Shown: positions 1-10,313, counted from the first letter of the stretch. The stretch is 64,000 nt of DNA from Thermodesulfobacteriota bacterium (GCA_965216785.1 OZ244197.1:1312001-1376000), one strand, 5' to 3'. A program made the numbers and translations. Notes: a model not told the origin generated them from the letters alone.

Positions 1-99
1 AAAGAGTTAACCATACTCAAAATAACTGCCATGAAAGACTGCGGCGGCAAAGCGAGATTTAAATGGGACAAATGGCAATTGACCGCTAAAGAAAATTAA
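1..99 (+). CDS. 3' end of an unidentified CDS running in from the window edge
   Basis: Frame 1 is open from base 1 (KELTILKITAMKDCGGKARFKWDKWQLTAKEN) to TAA 97-99 and is followed by a terminator hairpin. Confidence 0.5.
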   Translation, partial: KELTILKITAMKDCGGKARFKWDKWQLTAKEN

Positions 100-104
100 A
101 AAAT

Positions 105-127
105 AAGGAGCTTCGGTTCCCTTTTTT
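105..127 (+). terminator. Intrinsic terminator, GGGAGC-TTCG-GCTCCC family variant
   Basis: aaggagcttcggttccc followed by T6; same hairpin as downstream of the IPTL-CTERM genes. Confidence 0.7.
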
Positions 128-233
128 CTTTCATCAATCTTTAGACCCACTCAGGGCTAAACATATTATTAATACGAAAAATTATATTTGCGAGCTTAAG
201 CATGTTTAGTTACCCTGTTCATAGGAGCTAAAT

Positions 234-1376
234 ATGAAAAGACTCGTTTTAATACTTGCTATTTTTCTTGTTTTAAGCGCCGGTGCGCGTGCGGACGAAG
301 CCGTATATCAGGGACTTTCCAACTTTACCAGAGTGCTTGATCTGATAGAGCGCAATTACGTGGAAGAAGTAGACTCAGAGCAGCTTACAGAGAGCGCTAT
401 AGAAGGAATGCTGAGAACGCTGGACCCCTATTCCGCATACCTTACTCCTGAGCGTTTCAGGGAGCTTGAGATCGGTACAACCGGAGAGTTCGGCGGTGTG
501 GGGATGGAGGTTACAGTCGAAGACGGGGTGCTCACGGTAATTACGCCTATAGAAGGCACGCCCGCGGAAAGGGCCGGAATTAAGCCAAGGGACCAGATCT
601 TAGAGGTAGACGGTAAGCCCACAAAGGGTTTGGTCGTGCAGGAAGTAGTAAAACTCTTAAGAGGCCCCAGAGGGAGCACGGTAAATGTAACGGTTAAGAG
701 TGAGGGCGATAAAGAGCCCCGTGTGGTAACTCTTACAAGAGACAAAATAATAGTTAAGAGCGTTAAACCCGAGCTTTTACCGGACGGGATCGCTTATATA
801 AAGCTTTCACAGTTTCAGGATAATACTTCACTTGAGCTTAAGCAGGCTCTCACAAAGCTTGAATCCAATAACAGAGGCAACTTAAAGGGTATCGTACTTG
901 ACCTTAGGAATAACCCGGGCGGGCTTCTCAGCGAAGCCATACAGGTGGTGGACGAGTTCGTCGATGACGGCCTTATCGTAAGCGTCAAAGGCCGCTATGA
1001 GGGGCAGTCAAGAGAACACTACGCGACAAAGAACGGGGATTATGAGGAGCAGCCAATAGTAGTGATTGTAAACGACGGCAGCGCAAGCGCGTCAGAAGTT
1101 GTAGCGGAAGCGCTCCAGGATTCAAAGAGAGCCACCATACTGGGCACTACCACTTTCGGCAAAGGATCGGTCCAGACCATAATCAAGCTCGAGGACGGTG
1201 CGGGTCTTAAGCTTACGACGGCTAAGTTTTACGCTCCGAGCGGAAGATCGATAAGCGAAGTAGGCGTAACTCCGGACATAGTTGTAGAGAACGAAGAAGA
1301 CGCGGACAAACAGCTCGAAAGCGCAGTGAAAATCATAAAGACCTCTAAAGCCCCGGGCGGCGTTCCCAAAGGCTAG
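234..1376 (+). CDS. ctpA: S41 family carboxyl-terminal processing protease
   Basis: Signal peptide, PDZ domain (GVGMEV), DLRNNPGG, SASASE catalytic Ser, GKGSVQ Lys; SD aggag upstream. Confidence 0.93.
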   Translation: MKRLVLILAIFLVLSAGARADEAVYQGLSNFTRVLDLIERNYVEEVDSEQLTESAIEGMLRTLDPYSAYLTPERFRELEIGTTGEFGGVGMEVTVEDGVLTVITPIEGTPAERAGIKPRDQILEVDGKPTKGLVVQEVVKLLRGPRGSTVNVTVKSEGDKEPRVVTLTRDKIIVKSVKPELLPDGIAYIKLSQFQDNTSLELKQALTKLESNNRGNLKGIVLDLRNNPGGLLSEAIQVVDEFVDDGLIVSVKGRYEGQSREHYATKNGDYEEQPIVVIVNDGSASASEVVAEALQDSKRATILGTTTFGKGSVQTIIKLEDGAGLKLTTAKFYAPSGRSISEVGVTPDIVVENEEDADKQLESAVKIIKTSKAPGGVPKG

Positions 1377-1390
1377 GGAGATTCCTTTTT

Positions 1391-2713
1391 TTGCCGACTA
1401 AAAAAAATACGAGCAGGAAACCCAGAAGAACGAGAAGAAAAAAAAGCGCGAAGCTGACGCGGATTGCCCTATTCACCCTTGGGTTTTTACTCGTATTATT
1501 CATAGGCGTATACGGTTTATATCTGGCTAAAGACAAGGCTTCAGGTCCCGGCATTTCTCAATCCGAGCTTAATGACTCTATAGAGAGCACAGACTCCGAT
1601 TTGAGAGGAGCCTATTTCGATATGGGCATTTCCTCTGAGCACGTACTCTCTGAGAGAGCTCAGAATAAATCCCGGGACAATTTATATTGGGAATTCAAAG
1701 AAATAGTAATCCAAGCCCCACAGAAGCTTTCTCAAAAAGAGGTTAAAGAGACTATGAAAAAGTCCTTCTCAACTGTAGCGGGTCTGGATAGCGAGTTTAA
1801 GGAGCGCAAGGACTCAATCACCGCTTTACTAACTATAAACGGCCTGGAAACACACAGAATAAAGTTTAATTTCAAGCCGCCTGCGGACACTCAAAAGATT
1901 GTAAAAAAACAATCTGAAGAAACCGCTGAGGAAACTAAGAAGCTGCAAGATCGGGACAAGAAATCCGCGAAGCTACAAGAGCATATTCAGGAGTATAAGC
2001 AGTCCGCATCCGTTAAACCAAAAGTAGTGATTATAGTAGACGACATAGGTATGAGTAAATCCTCCATAGACAAGCTCCTTCAGATACAAGCGCCCCTTAC
2101 CCTTGCCGTCCTCCCGAATCTGCCTTATTCGGAATATGCCGCAAATGAGGCCCATAAAAAAGGCAGGGAGGTTATGCTTCACCTTCCTATGGAGCCTAAG
2201 GAGACATCGGGATATACGGCTGTTGACGCGGGCGAGGACGCCCTTATCGTCGGACTGCCTAAGTCTGAGATACAAAGGAGGATCGATAAAAATCTATCCT
2301 CAATCCCCCATATTCAAGGGGTCAATAACCACATGGGCTCAAAATTTATGGAAAGCGGGGAGCTTCTTGAGCTTGTGATGAGGGAGATTAAGGCTAAGGA
2401 CCTGTTTTTTGTGGATAGCATGACCTCGGGCGCGAGCATGGGCTCTGAGGCAGCTTCTAAATTCGGCGTACGCTCAGCGGAAAGGGACGTGTTCTTGGAC
2501 GACGCATCAAAGGGCTCATCCTATGTTAAGTCACAGCTCAGACACCTGATAAAGGTGTCTCAGAAAAAAGGTTACGCAATTGGAATATGCCACCCATATC
2601 CGGACACGGTTAAAGCCCTTTCCGAGATGCTGCCCAGGATGCAGGAAGAGGTAGAGATAGCTTCTGTGTCTACTCTCCTTGACCACTCGCTTCAAATAGG
2701 AAAAAATAACTAG
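1391..2713 (+). CDS. Divergent polysaccharide deacetylase family protein (YibQ-like), membrane anchored
   Basis: IIVDDIG, MLHLPMEP, NNHMGS, FFVDS, RDVFLD, AIGICHP motifs; N-terminal TM segment; usual neighbour of ctpA. Confidence 0.88.
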   Translation: MPTKKNTSRKPRRTRRKKSAKLTRIALFTLGFLLVLFIGVYGLYLAKDKASGPGISQSELNDSIESTDSDLRGAYFDMGISSEHVLSERAQNKSRDNLYWEFKEIVIQAPQKLSQKEVKETMKKSFSTVAGLDSEFKERKDSITALLTINGLETHRIKFNFKPPADTQKIVKKQSEETAEETKKLQDRDKKSAKLQEHIQEYKQSASVKPKVVIIVDDIGMSKSSIDKLLQIQAPLTLAVLPNLPYSEYAANEAHKKGREVMLHLPMEPKETSGYTAVDAGEDALIVGLPKSEIQRRIDKNLSSIPHIQGVNNHMGSKFMESGELLELVMREIKAKDLFFVDSMTSGASMGSEAASKFGVRSAERDVFLDDASKGSSYVKSQLRHLIKVSQKKGYAIGICHPYPDTVKALSEMLPRMQEEVEIASVSTLLDHSLQIGKNN

Positions 2714-2764
2714 CGATTTCGATTGCGTAATTAGCATGTATAATATTCTAAGGAGTTTGTTAAT

Positions 2765-2938
2765 ATGGGTCTTATAGACGATACGAGAAAAAGAAGGGAT
2801 TCCTGGATTACGCGTTTTGAAGAGATGCGTCAGGAAGAAGAATATGAGCCTGATAAAAGGAGCGCTGAGGAAGTGGAAAAGGAAATCCGGGAAAACTGCA
2901 GCAAGGTTGGAGTGTTTCCTAAAGTTGACAACAATTAG
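2765..2938 (+). CDS. Small hypothetical protein, 57 aa (below the ORF-track cutoff)
   Basis: SD aaggag at 2750-2755, ATG 2765, MGLIDDTRKRRDSWITRFEEMRQEEEYEPDKRSAEEVEKEIRENCSKVGVFPKVDNN*. Confidence 0.6.
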   Translation: MGLIDDTRKRRDSWITRFEEMRQEEEYEPDKRSAEEVEKEIRENCSKVGVFPKVDNN

Positions 2939-2980
2939 TTAAATACTATTGATTATATTGTTCCGGGACGGATGCGGTAC

Positions 2981-3009
2981 TTGACAAGTAGGCAGCTTTA
3001 CATTAATTT
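2981..3009 (+). promoter_or_regulatory. Probable sigma70 promoter of rpsU-dnaG-rpoD
   Basis: TTGACA-17-TAATTT upstream of rpsU. Confidence 0.5.
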
Positions 3010-3068
3010 TTCATAGCGCGATTCTAGAATGTCCCGCGATCAAAAATATAGCTGGAGGGGTATTATTT

Positions 3069-3260
3069 ATGCCAGGAATTGTGGTCGGAAATAACGAAAG
3101 CATCGACAGCGCCCTTAAAAGATTTAAAAAACAGGTTGAAAAGGGTGGTGTGCTGTCAGAAGTAAGAAGAAGGGAATACTACGAAAAGCCGAGCGAGAAG
3201 AAAAAGAAGAAGCTTTTCGCAGCTAAAAAACGTGTTATTAAGCGCACGAGAAGGAACTAA
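3069..3260 (+). CDS. rpsU: 30S ribosomal protein S21
   Basis: [12 protein letters not shown]...[11 protein letters not shown] signature; precedes dnaG-rpoD. Confidence 0.97.
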   Translation: MPGIVVGNNESIDSALKRFKKQVEKGGVLSEVRRREYYEKPSEKKKKKLFAAKKRVIKRTRRN

Positions 3261-3393
3261 TAACTAATCTTCAGTGTAAAGATACAATACCGGAAGGGGG
3301 ACACCGAATTGTATTTATTTAGAAGTCAAATTGAATCTTTAAGCCATTCCTATACAAATCCGAATAGAACTATACAACCGCAATCATTTATAG

Positions 3394-5130
3394 ATGGACA
3401 CTTTTAACAATGATGTAATTGTTAAAGAAATAAAAGGGAGGTTGAGTATTATTAACCTCATAGAGAGTTACACATCTGTAAAAAAATCAGGCCGGGGTTT
3501 TGTGGGATTATGCCCTTTTCACGATGACAAAAACCCGTCCATGCACATAGATGAGGACAAGGGCCTGTTCCATTGCTTCAGCTGTGGGGCGGGCGGCGAT
3601 ATATTCGGATTTTATATGCGCTACAATAATCTCTCATTCCCTGAAGCTTTAACGGAGCTTGCAAAAAAGGCTAATGTTGAGATCTCAAAAACCCCCGTTA
3701 AACCAAAAGTCAGTTCCCGTCTCGGATCCCTGTATAAGTTAAATCAAGCAGTGCTCAGATTTTATCAGAAAACTTTGGCCCTTAAGGAAAAGGGTAAGGC
3801 GGCCAGAGAGTATCTGAAGAAAAGAAGTATGCCCGAGGAGCTAATAGATGAGTTTTCGCTCGGCTATGCTCCTTCTGAATGGGACGCTCTGGCTAAGTTC
3901 TTGGCTAAGAATAACATTCCGCTCAATCTGGCGGAAAGGGTTGGACTCATTGTAAAGCGCAAACAGGGGGATGGGTATTACGACAGGTTCAGGGACAGGA
4001 TAATGTTCCCGATAAAGGACCTTGAGGGAAAAGTGATTGGCTTTGGGGGCAGAGTGATAAAAGAGGATGAGCAGCCAAAGTATATGAACTCTCCCGAGTC
4101 TCCCGTTTACAGCAAGCGTAGAAGCTTCTACGGGGTAGATAAATCAAGGGATTACATAAGGCGGGAAGGCAGAGCCGTATTGGTAGAGGGCTACACCGAT
4201 TTTCTGGCGCTGTACGCTTCGGGCATTAAGAACGCAGTCGCAACGCTCGGCACTTCACTTACGCACGACCACGGAGTAATTCTCAGGCGATACACAGAAA
4301 ATGTGGTTGTCCTGTTTGATAGTGACGAGTCTGGAATCAAAGCGTCTCTCCGATCACTAGATGTACTATTAGAGGAGGGGCTAATGCCGCATGTAGCGCC
4401 GCTTCCTTCCGGAGAGGATCCGGATTCCTTTATTAAAAAACACGGGGTAGAAAAGTTCAGAGAGCTTATCGAAAACTCAGAGAGCTGGATTGATTTCTTC
4501 ATAGACAGAACGCTAAACCGCTACCGTGAAGGCTCTCTAACCATGAACCAGCTTGTAAAAGAAGTGTCCGAATTATTAATAAAAGTGCAAAACCCCGTAG
4601 AGAGGAGCCTCAATATTAAAAAGGCCTCTGAAAAACTGGGTATTAGAGAAAACGAAATACTTTCATATGTAAAACACGGAAAGGGCAGAGGACGAGAAGG
4701 GGGCGGTAAAACCGCTTCTTACTCAAGCCACGAGAAGCTTTTACTCACCGTGCTTCTCAAGTTCCCTGAGCTATCGAGCATGATCGCAGATAAGAATTGG
4801 CAGGAATTTATAGAGAATCCTGAAGTTAAGTCAATTTTAGAGCAAGTAGTTTCGGGTGGAGCGCACGATGTCTCAAATCTTCTGGTACATTTTAATAACC
4901 TCCCTGAGCAGGATTTGATATCGGAGTTTGTCCTCTCTTCGGATGGGATTACAGACGCCGATACTGCGGGAAACATGCTTGAGAGCTGTGTTCGAAAGTT
5001 AAAAGCCGGCAAGCGCGACTCCAGATTAAAAGCGCTCAGGTTAGAGATTGACAAAGCTGTAAAAGATAAAGATCAACAAGCTGAGAAAAGATTGATCAAA
5101 GAGTATTCTGACTTGAGGAAGCAAAAATAA
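3394..5130 (+). CDS. dnaG: DNA primase
   Basis: CHC2 zinc finger (CPFH...CFSC), KYMNSPE, TOPRIM (VEGYTD, FDSD). Confidence 0.97.
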   Translation: MDTFNNDVIVKEIKGRLSIINLIESYTSVKKSGRGFVGLCPFHDDKNPSMHIDEDKGLFHCFSCGAGGDIFGFYMRYNNLSFPEALTELAKKANVEISKTPVKPKVSSRLGSLYKLNQAVLRFYQKTLALKEKGKAAREYLKKRSMPEELIDEFSLGYAPSEWDALAKFLAKNNIPLNLAERVGLIVKRKQGDGYYDRFRDRIMFPIKDLEGKVIGFGGRVIKEDEQPKYMNSPESPVYSKRRSFYGVDKSRDYIRREGRAVLVEGYTDFLALYASGIKNAVATLGTSLTHDHGVILRRYTENVVVLFDSDESGIKASLRSLDVLLEEGLMPHVAPLPSGEDPDSFIKKHGVEKFRELIENSESWIDFFIDRTLNRYREGSLTMNQLVKEVSELLIKVQNPVERSLNIKKASEKLGIRENEILSYVKHGKGRGREGGGKTASYSSHEKLLLTVLLKFPELSSMIADKNWQEFIENPEVKSILEQVVSGGAHDVSNLLVHFNNLPEQDLISEFVLSSDGITDADTAGNMLESCVRKLKAGKRDSRLKALRLEIDKAVKDKDQQAEKRLIKEYSDLRKQK

Positions 5131-5146
5131 TATTTAAGGAGCGTAA

Positions 5147-6757
5147 ATGAGTAAGAAGAAAAAGACCGGATCCAAGCCCAAAGCTTCCAAGAAGAAGCTT
5201 GCAGACTCCATAATAGAGCTGTCTCAAGAAAGCGATGTAGACGGCGAAGATGATTTCCTTAAGGAAGGTGAGGCTCAGCAGCTCGAAACCTCCAGGGAGG
5301 AAAACGGTGGTGAGTCTGAGAGCAAAGGGTCCAGCACTGGTTATGTCTTCAATCTCGGTAACGCTCAAAATAACGTTAACGAATATGATTTGATAAGATT
5401 TTATCTTCATGAGATAGCCGACCATTCCCTTCTGTCCCGTGAGCAGGAAATTCATATAGCAAAGGAAATAGAGACCGGCAAAAGAATAATCGCCAAATCG
5501 ATACTGAGCTCATCGCTTATGCTAAAAGAGATATTCGAGCTAGGTGAAGAGCTTCGAAACGGCAGCCTGAATGTGCGAGATATAACGAACCTTCTGGACG
5601 AGTCCGACAACATATTGGAAGAAGAGGTACAAATTGGAATAAATAATTCGATAAACGCGATTAACGAGCTGCACAAAGACAATGAGGTTACCAAAAAAGA
5701 GATTGAGAAAGCTTCCGCAAGAAAGAAGAAAACCCTACAACAAAAGGTCAAGCGCAATAAAACCAAGATGGTCGAGTATTTGGAGGAAATAAATTTAAAC
5801 GGCTCTCAGATCGAGAGAATACTCTCAGCGGCTCAGGGTTACGTTGACCGGCTCGAAAAACTGAGAAAAGAATTCAATGATATCAAGATCAAAGGTACTT
5901 CGAAAGTAACTAAGACGAAAAAAGATATTAGGAAACGAATGGGCGAGTTCTTAGAAGAAGCGGAGGTGAACACCGGAAAGCTCAAGAAGTCGCTAAAGAG
6001 AATTGAGCTCGGTGAGCAAGTTACATATCAAGCCCGCAGAAAACTCATCGAATCGAATCTCCGTCTAGTGGTAAGTATTGCCAGACGTTACATAAACCGA
6101 GGTCTCCCTTTCCTGGACCTGATTCAGGAGGGCAACATGGGGCTCATGAGGGCGGTAGAGAAGTTCGAATATAACAGGGGTTATAAGTTTTCAACCTATG
6201 CCACTTGGTGGATCCGCCAGGCTATCACTAGAGCGCTTGCGGACCAGTCTAGGATTATCAGGATTCCGGTGCATATGACCGAGACCATAAACAGAATTGT
6301 AAGGACTTCAAGACTGTTGGTGCAGGAGCTGGGGCGCGAGCCTCAGCCAGAGGAGATCGCAGAGAGGGTGGGGCTACCGGTAGATAAAGTCGCACGCGTG
6401 CTTAAGATATCAAAAGACCCGATCTCCCTTGAGACTCCGATAGGGGATGAAGAGGACAGTAAGCTCGTAGACCTGATCGAGGACGCGAACACCACTTCGC
6501 CCTCCAAGATCCTTGAGATGAGTGAGTTAAAAGAGATCATAAACAGCGCTCTCTCCTCAGTACTCAATACGAGGGAGGAGAGCATTGTGAGGCTCCGTTT
6601 CGGTATTGACGATGAAAAGGAACATACGCTTGAAGAGGTGGGACAGGAGTTTCAGGTAACTCGCGAGAGGATAAGGCAGATAGAGGTAAAAGCCATCAAA
6701 AAGCTAAAGCGCGCTGGCCGTGTGTATCCCTTTAAGAGCTATGTCGAGAAGACGTAA
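5147..6757 (+). CDS. rpoD: RNA polymerase primary sigma factor
   Basis: [38 protein letters not shown]...TRERIRQIE; follows dnaG. Confidence 0.95.
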   Translation: MSKKKKTGSKPKASKKKLADSIIELSQESDVDGEDDFLKEGEAQQLETSREENGGESESKGSSTGYVFNLGNAQNNVNEYDLIRFYLHEIADHSLLSREQEIHIAKEIETGKRIIAKSILSSSLMLKEIFELGEELRNGSLNVRDITNLLDESDNILEEEVQIGINNSINAINELHKDNEVTKKEIEKASARKKKTLQQKVKRNKTKMVEYLEEINLNGSQIERILSAAQGYVDRLEKLRKEFNDIKIKGTSKVTKTKKDIRKRMGEFLEEAEVNTGKLKKSLKRIELGEQVTYQARRKLIESNLRLVVSIARRYINRGLPFLDLIQEGNMGLMRAVEKFEYNRGYKFSTYATWWIRQAITRALADQSRIIRIPVHMTETINRIVRTSRLLVQELGREPQPEEIAERVGLPVDKVARVLKISKDPISLETPIGDEEDSKLVDLIEDANTTSPSKILEMSELKEIINSALSSVLNTREESIVRLRFGIDDEKEHTLEEVGQEFQVTRERIRQIEVKAIKKLKRAGRVYPFKSYVEKT

Positions 6758-6853
6758 GCACAGGGCTTAGGGCAGTTAGGGGCAGGGGGATGGCAACATA
6801 GCATGCCCTGATTTATTTGCAGCACTATTACGTTACATCAAGAGAGCTTCTTC

Positions 6854-7723
6854 TTACTTTTTCTTAAATTTTCTCTTACTCTCTTTAGCTTCCTCAAAAT
6901 AAACAAGCGCGGACGCAGTGGTTTTGAGCCGTAGCATCTCCTTTACTTCCGAGACGCTCGCGCCCCCTTCTATGGCGAGTATTGCCGCAGTGTGCCTCAG
7001 GCTATAAGGGGTAATGCCTTCTCTTTTAATTCCCGCAATCTCAAAGTAGTGGTTGACCCGGGCCCTGATTCCACGGGTTGTGACTCTCAGGTTTTTGGCC
7101 CTGTTTCCTATACCCCAGAATAATGGTTCTTCAGCATCAGAGTCTGCGCGCTCGGACAAATATTTGTTCAGAGCCGCCGCGACTTCAGGGCCGAGCGCTA
7201 CGTATTCATCTTTTTTATCTTTGCTCTTGCCCTGTACGTATATCACGGTTTTTCCGCCCCTTCGTTTTACATCCTCTAAGTTTGCCCTTATTATCTCAAT
7301 CTCGCTCAGCCCAGAGCGGACCATCAGGTTCAGCATGGCGCTGTCCCTGACCCCTATGTCAGAGGACAAATCTATTGCGCTGAAAAGTTTATGGACCTCA
7401 AGCTCGGTTAACGGCTTGGTCAGGTGTCTCTTGGGCCTTGAGCTCCCCTTTATTTTTTTAGCCGGATTCTCCGATACTTTCCCATTATTAAGAAGGTGCT
7501 CGTATAATCTCCTTACCGCAGTGAGGTAAGCAGACATGGAAGTGGGCGAGAGGTTCTTTGAAATAATGAAATCCTTGTACCTCTCAATGTCCTTTGAGGT
7601 GAGGCCCACTGGGGATGTGCCACCGAGCCATTTGGAAAATTCTCTTAATGCTTTTCTGTACGTCTCCTTTGTTGTCTCGCGCCTGTTTAGGGAGTCGATG
7701 AAGTCGTCTATGTAATCTGCCAT
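6854..7723 (-). CDS. Tyrosine recombinase/integrase-family protein with a degenerate active site
   Basis: SAM-like N-terminal domain and Xer-like C-terminal fold, but GLSEIE (usually GLRxxE), YSLRH (usually HxLRH), MLRL (usually MLxH); nucleophile Tyr retained (ALVY). Confidence 0.85.
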   Translation of the reverse strand: MADYIDDFIDSLNRRETTKETYRKALREFSKWLGGTSPVGLTSKDIERYKDFIISKNLSPTSMSAYLTAVRRLYEHLLNNGKVSENPAKKIKGSSRPKRHLTKPLTELEVHKLFSAIDLSSDIGVRDSAMLNLMVRSGLSEIEIIRANLEDVKRRGGKTVIYVQGKSKDKKDEYVALGPEVAAALNKYLSERADSDAEEPLFWGIGNRAKNLRVTTRGIRARVNHYFEIAGIKREGITPYSLRHTAAILAIEGGASVSEVKEMLRLKTTASALVYFEEAKESKRKFKKK

Positions 7724-7731
7724 TAAGGAGA

Positions 7732-7760
7732 ATTAAAGCATTATTGGGGTCTTTTTTCAA
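7732..7760 (-). promoter_or_regulatory. Sigma70-like promoter of the recombinase-like gene (probably leaderless mRNA)
   Basis: Minus strand TTGAAA-17-TTTAAT with extended TG, 8 nt before ATG 7723; no SD. Confidence 0.5.
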
Positions 7761-7808
7761 ACCTAGAGGCAATAAAGCATGGCAATAAATGTTTTTTCCT
7801 GAAAAGTC

Positions 7809-7836
7809 TTGACATGGTATTGAAGCACTGTAATAT
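7809..7836 (+). promoter_or_regulatory. Sigma70 promoter of the stand-alone 5S rRNA gene
   Basis: TTGACA (7809-7814), 16 nt, TAATAT (7831-7836), ending 6 nt before the 5S start. Confidence 0.65.
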
Positions 7837-7842
7837 ATAAAG

Positions 7843-7959
7843 CCTGGGTGGCAATGCTGAAGAGGTCACACCCGGTCCCATATCGAACCCGGAAGTTAAG
7901 CTCTTCGAGGCCGATGATACTGCTCTTGTACAGGAGTGGGAAAGTAGGAAGCTGCCCCG
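7843..7959 (+). rRNA. rrf: 5S ribosomal RNA, unlinked from the 16S-23S operon
   Basis: cctgggtggcaatgc...cacacccggtcccatatcgaacccggaagttaagc...gccgatgatactg...gtgggaaagtagg..gctgccc; helix I pairs; T8 follows. Confidence 0.95.
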
Positions 7960-8091
7960 ACTTTTTTTTCTTCCCTTAGGGGGGTGAGACGAGCCCTCCA
8001 TTCAACCTAGCGATCACAATAATATTGTTTTATTTATTCTATTGATGTAGTATTCCTTTTCGTTTTCAGATAACACTGCAAAGGGCCGTCT

Positions 8092-8676
8092 ATGTCAGAT
8101 ACTAAAAGATTATGCGTGTTTGTTTCAGGGAGCGGTACTAACCTTCAGGCTATGCTCGATGCCGATATCGAGCCTGCCGAGATTGTGCTCGTGTTCAGTA
8201 ATAACCCCGAAGCCTATGCGCTTGAGCGCGCCCGAAATCATAATATCCCAACTGAGGTAATCAACCACAAAGGCTACGGTACAAGAGAAGAATATGAAGA
8301 GGATATCATAAGGACGATTGAGCCTTACAATATCGATCTCATAGCTCTTGCGGGGTTTATGCGTATCCTTTCCCCACTATTCGTAAGGCACTATAAAAAT
8401 AAGATATTGAATATACACCCGGCGCTCCTGCCATCATTCCCCGGTATTCACGCTGCACGGCAGGCCCTTGAGTACGGGGTTAAATTTACGGGCTGCACAG
8501 TTCATTTCGTGGATGAAGGGGTAGATACTGGCCCTATCATACAACAGTCGGTAGTTGAAGTATTGGAAGACGATACCGAAGACTCTTTGCAGGAGAGGAT
8601 TCAAAAAGAGGAATACAGGATTTATCCCGAAGCAGTCCGAATGGTCGCCGAAGGCAAGGTTAAGCCAAAGGAATAA
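8092..8676 (+). CDS. purN: Phosphoribosylglycinamide formyltransferase
   Basis: SGSGTNLQA, LAGFMRIL, NIHPALLP, GCTVHFV..GVDTGPII. Confidence 0.96.
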   Translation: MSDTKRLCVFVSGSGTNLQAMLDADIEPAEIVLVFSNNPEAYALERARNHNIPTEVINHKGYGTREEYEEDIIRTIEPYNIDLIALAGFMRILSPLFVRHYKNKILNIHPALLPSFPGIHAARQALEYGVKFTGCTVHFVDEGVDTGPIIQQSVVEVLEDDTEDSLQERIQKEEYRIYPEAVRMVAEGKVKPKE

Positions 8677-8779
8677 TACAACGGCAATAACCTTTAGGCG
8701 ATATTCTAGTGCCGCTATTGCCGCCAGCTATGTCCTCTTGTATTTGGGGTTTGGCTGCTAAGTTATAGATGTTATCAGT

Positions 8780-9799
8780 TTATAAATCCCTTCCGACAGC
8801 TTTCGCTACAGGCGCCGCCTTTTCCATGAGCTCTTTAAACTTGCGGGGCTTAAGCGACTGACCTCCGTCACTCACGGCAATTTCAGGGTTGTTGTGGACT
8901 TCTATGATTATCCCGTCCGCCCCTGCGGCAATCGACGCGAGCGCCATTGGGGTTACGTACTGCCAGTAGCCTGTTCCGTGGCTCGGGTCTGCGATGATAG
9001 GCAGGTGGGTTCTTTCTTTAAGCACAGGGATGGCGTTTAGGTCAAATGTGTTTCTGGTTGCCGTCTCGAAAGTCCTGATACCCCTTTCGCACAGCATTAC
9101 ATTTTCGTTACCTTCAGAGAGAATGTACTCCGCGCCCATCAAGAACTCTTTAATTGTGGTAGACATACCGCGTTTCAGAAGCACGGGCATTTTGGATTTG
9201 CCGACTTGTTTTAAAAGCGCGTAGTTCTGAGAGTTTCTGGCGCCTATTTGAAGGACATCGGCGTACTTTGTTACAGAATCCAGATCGTGAGGGTCGAGTA
9301 TTTCGGTCACAATCGGGAGCCCTGTCTCTTCCCTCGCCGCGGCAAGGATCTTAAGCCCCTCAACGCCCATACCTTGGAAAGTGTAGGGTGAGCTTCTTGG
9401 TTTATAGGCTCCACCTCTGAGCATGCTTGCGCCTGCTTCTTTTACGGCGCGCGCGATCTCCATGACCTGCTCTTCGCTCTCGACCGAGCAGGGCCCTGCA
9501 ATAACAGGAATTTTATTGTTCCCAACTACTACGTCTCCAACTTTTATCTGTGTGGCTTCGGGGCTAAATTCGCGACTGGCAAGTTTGTGCGCGGGAAGGA
9601 TCGGTATGACTTTCTCCACCCCGTGTAGTATGCTTAGCGCTTCGACGTCTTCGGGTTTTCCCCTTTCGTCTCCTACTGCGCCGATGACGGTCCTGAGCAC
9701 GCCCTCGATCGGGTGCGGCTGATAACCGAGCTCGATCATCGTGTCCTTTGCGTTTTGAATTTCCTCGGGCGTTGCGCTACTTTTCATTACAACAATCAT
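8780..9799 (-). CDS. aroF: 3-deoxy-7-phosphoheptulonate synthase (type I-beta, N-terminal ACT-like domain)
   Basis: [40 protein letters not shown]. Confidence 0.93.
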   Translation of the reverse strand: MIVVMKSSATPEEIQNAKDTMIELGYQPHPIEGVLRTVIGAVGDERGKPEDVEALSILHGVEKVIPILPAHKLASREFSPEATQIKVGDVVVGNNKIPVIAGPCSVESEEQVMEIARAVKEAGASMLRGGAYKPRSSPYTFQGMGVEGLKILAAAREETGLPIVTEILDPHDLDSVTKYADVLQIGARNSQNYALLKQVGKSKMPVLLKRGMSTTIKEFLMGAEYILSEGNENVMLCERGIRTFETATRNTFDLNAIPVLKERTHLPIIADPSHGTGYWQYVTPMALASIAAGADGIIIEVHNNPEIAVSDGGQSLKPRKFKELMEKAAPVAKAVGRDL

Positions 9800-10019
9800 T
9801 ACCGTAAAACCTCCGCGTCGTTAAAAATTTTTGATTTTTTTAGACCCATAGATAAAGGTGCTAGGATACATGAAGACCTAATGTTGTCAACACGCAAAAG
9901 CCTCAGTGAAAAGGGTATGAATCGCTGATTTTACTAATCCCTTGGAGAACGGGGATATTTCTTGGCCTAGGCTCTTGATTCTTGGCTTATAAGATAGAAT
10001 AATATAGTCCTTACCCCAA

Positions 10020-10083
10020 GGGCGGGTGGTGAAATTGGCAGACACGACGGCCTCAAAAGCCGTTGGACTCACGTCCGTGGGGG
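10020..10083 (+). pseudogene. Truncated tRNA-Leu(CAA), 5' 64 nt only; left boundary of island
   Basis: Identical to 18257-18320; stops before the T-loop (gtggggg then caataaa instead of ttcgag). Confidence 0.9.
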
Positions 10084-10313
10084 CAATAAACTACAAATTT
10101 CATTCTTGTCTAATTATGAGCCCACTCAGTTTAAGGTCAGACATTGAAATGCGTTTAAATCTTAAATTCTTATACGATAATTACGGCATATCGACGTATC
10201 CGTGATATTTCATATGCTGCCGAAGCCTATTAAAAACCATCTTTCCCCATAACAAAACAAATATTCTCATTAATTCGAGATAGTTAAGAAGATTTGTTAA
10301 CTGTTTTAACAAG

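Noticed and set aside
6854-7723. Recombinase as the integrase of the tRNA-Leu island or as an integron integrase
   Set aside because: Lies outside the island behind 5S, purN and aroF; catalytic residues are degenerate; no IntI-specific insertion seen
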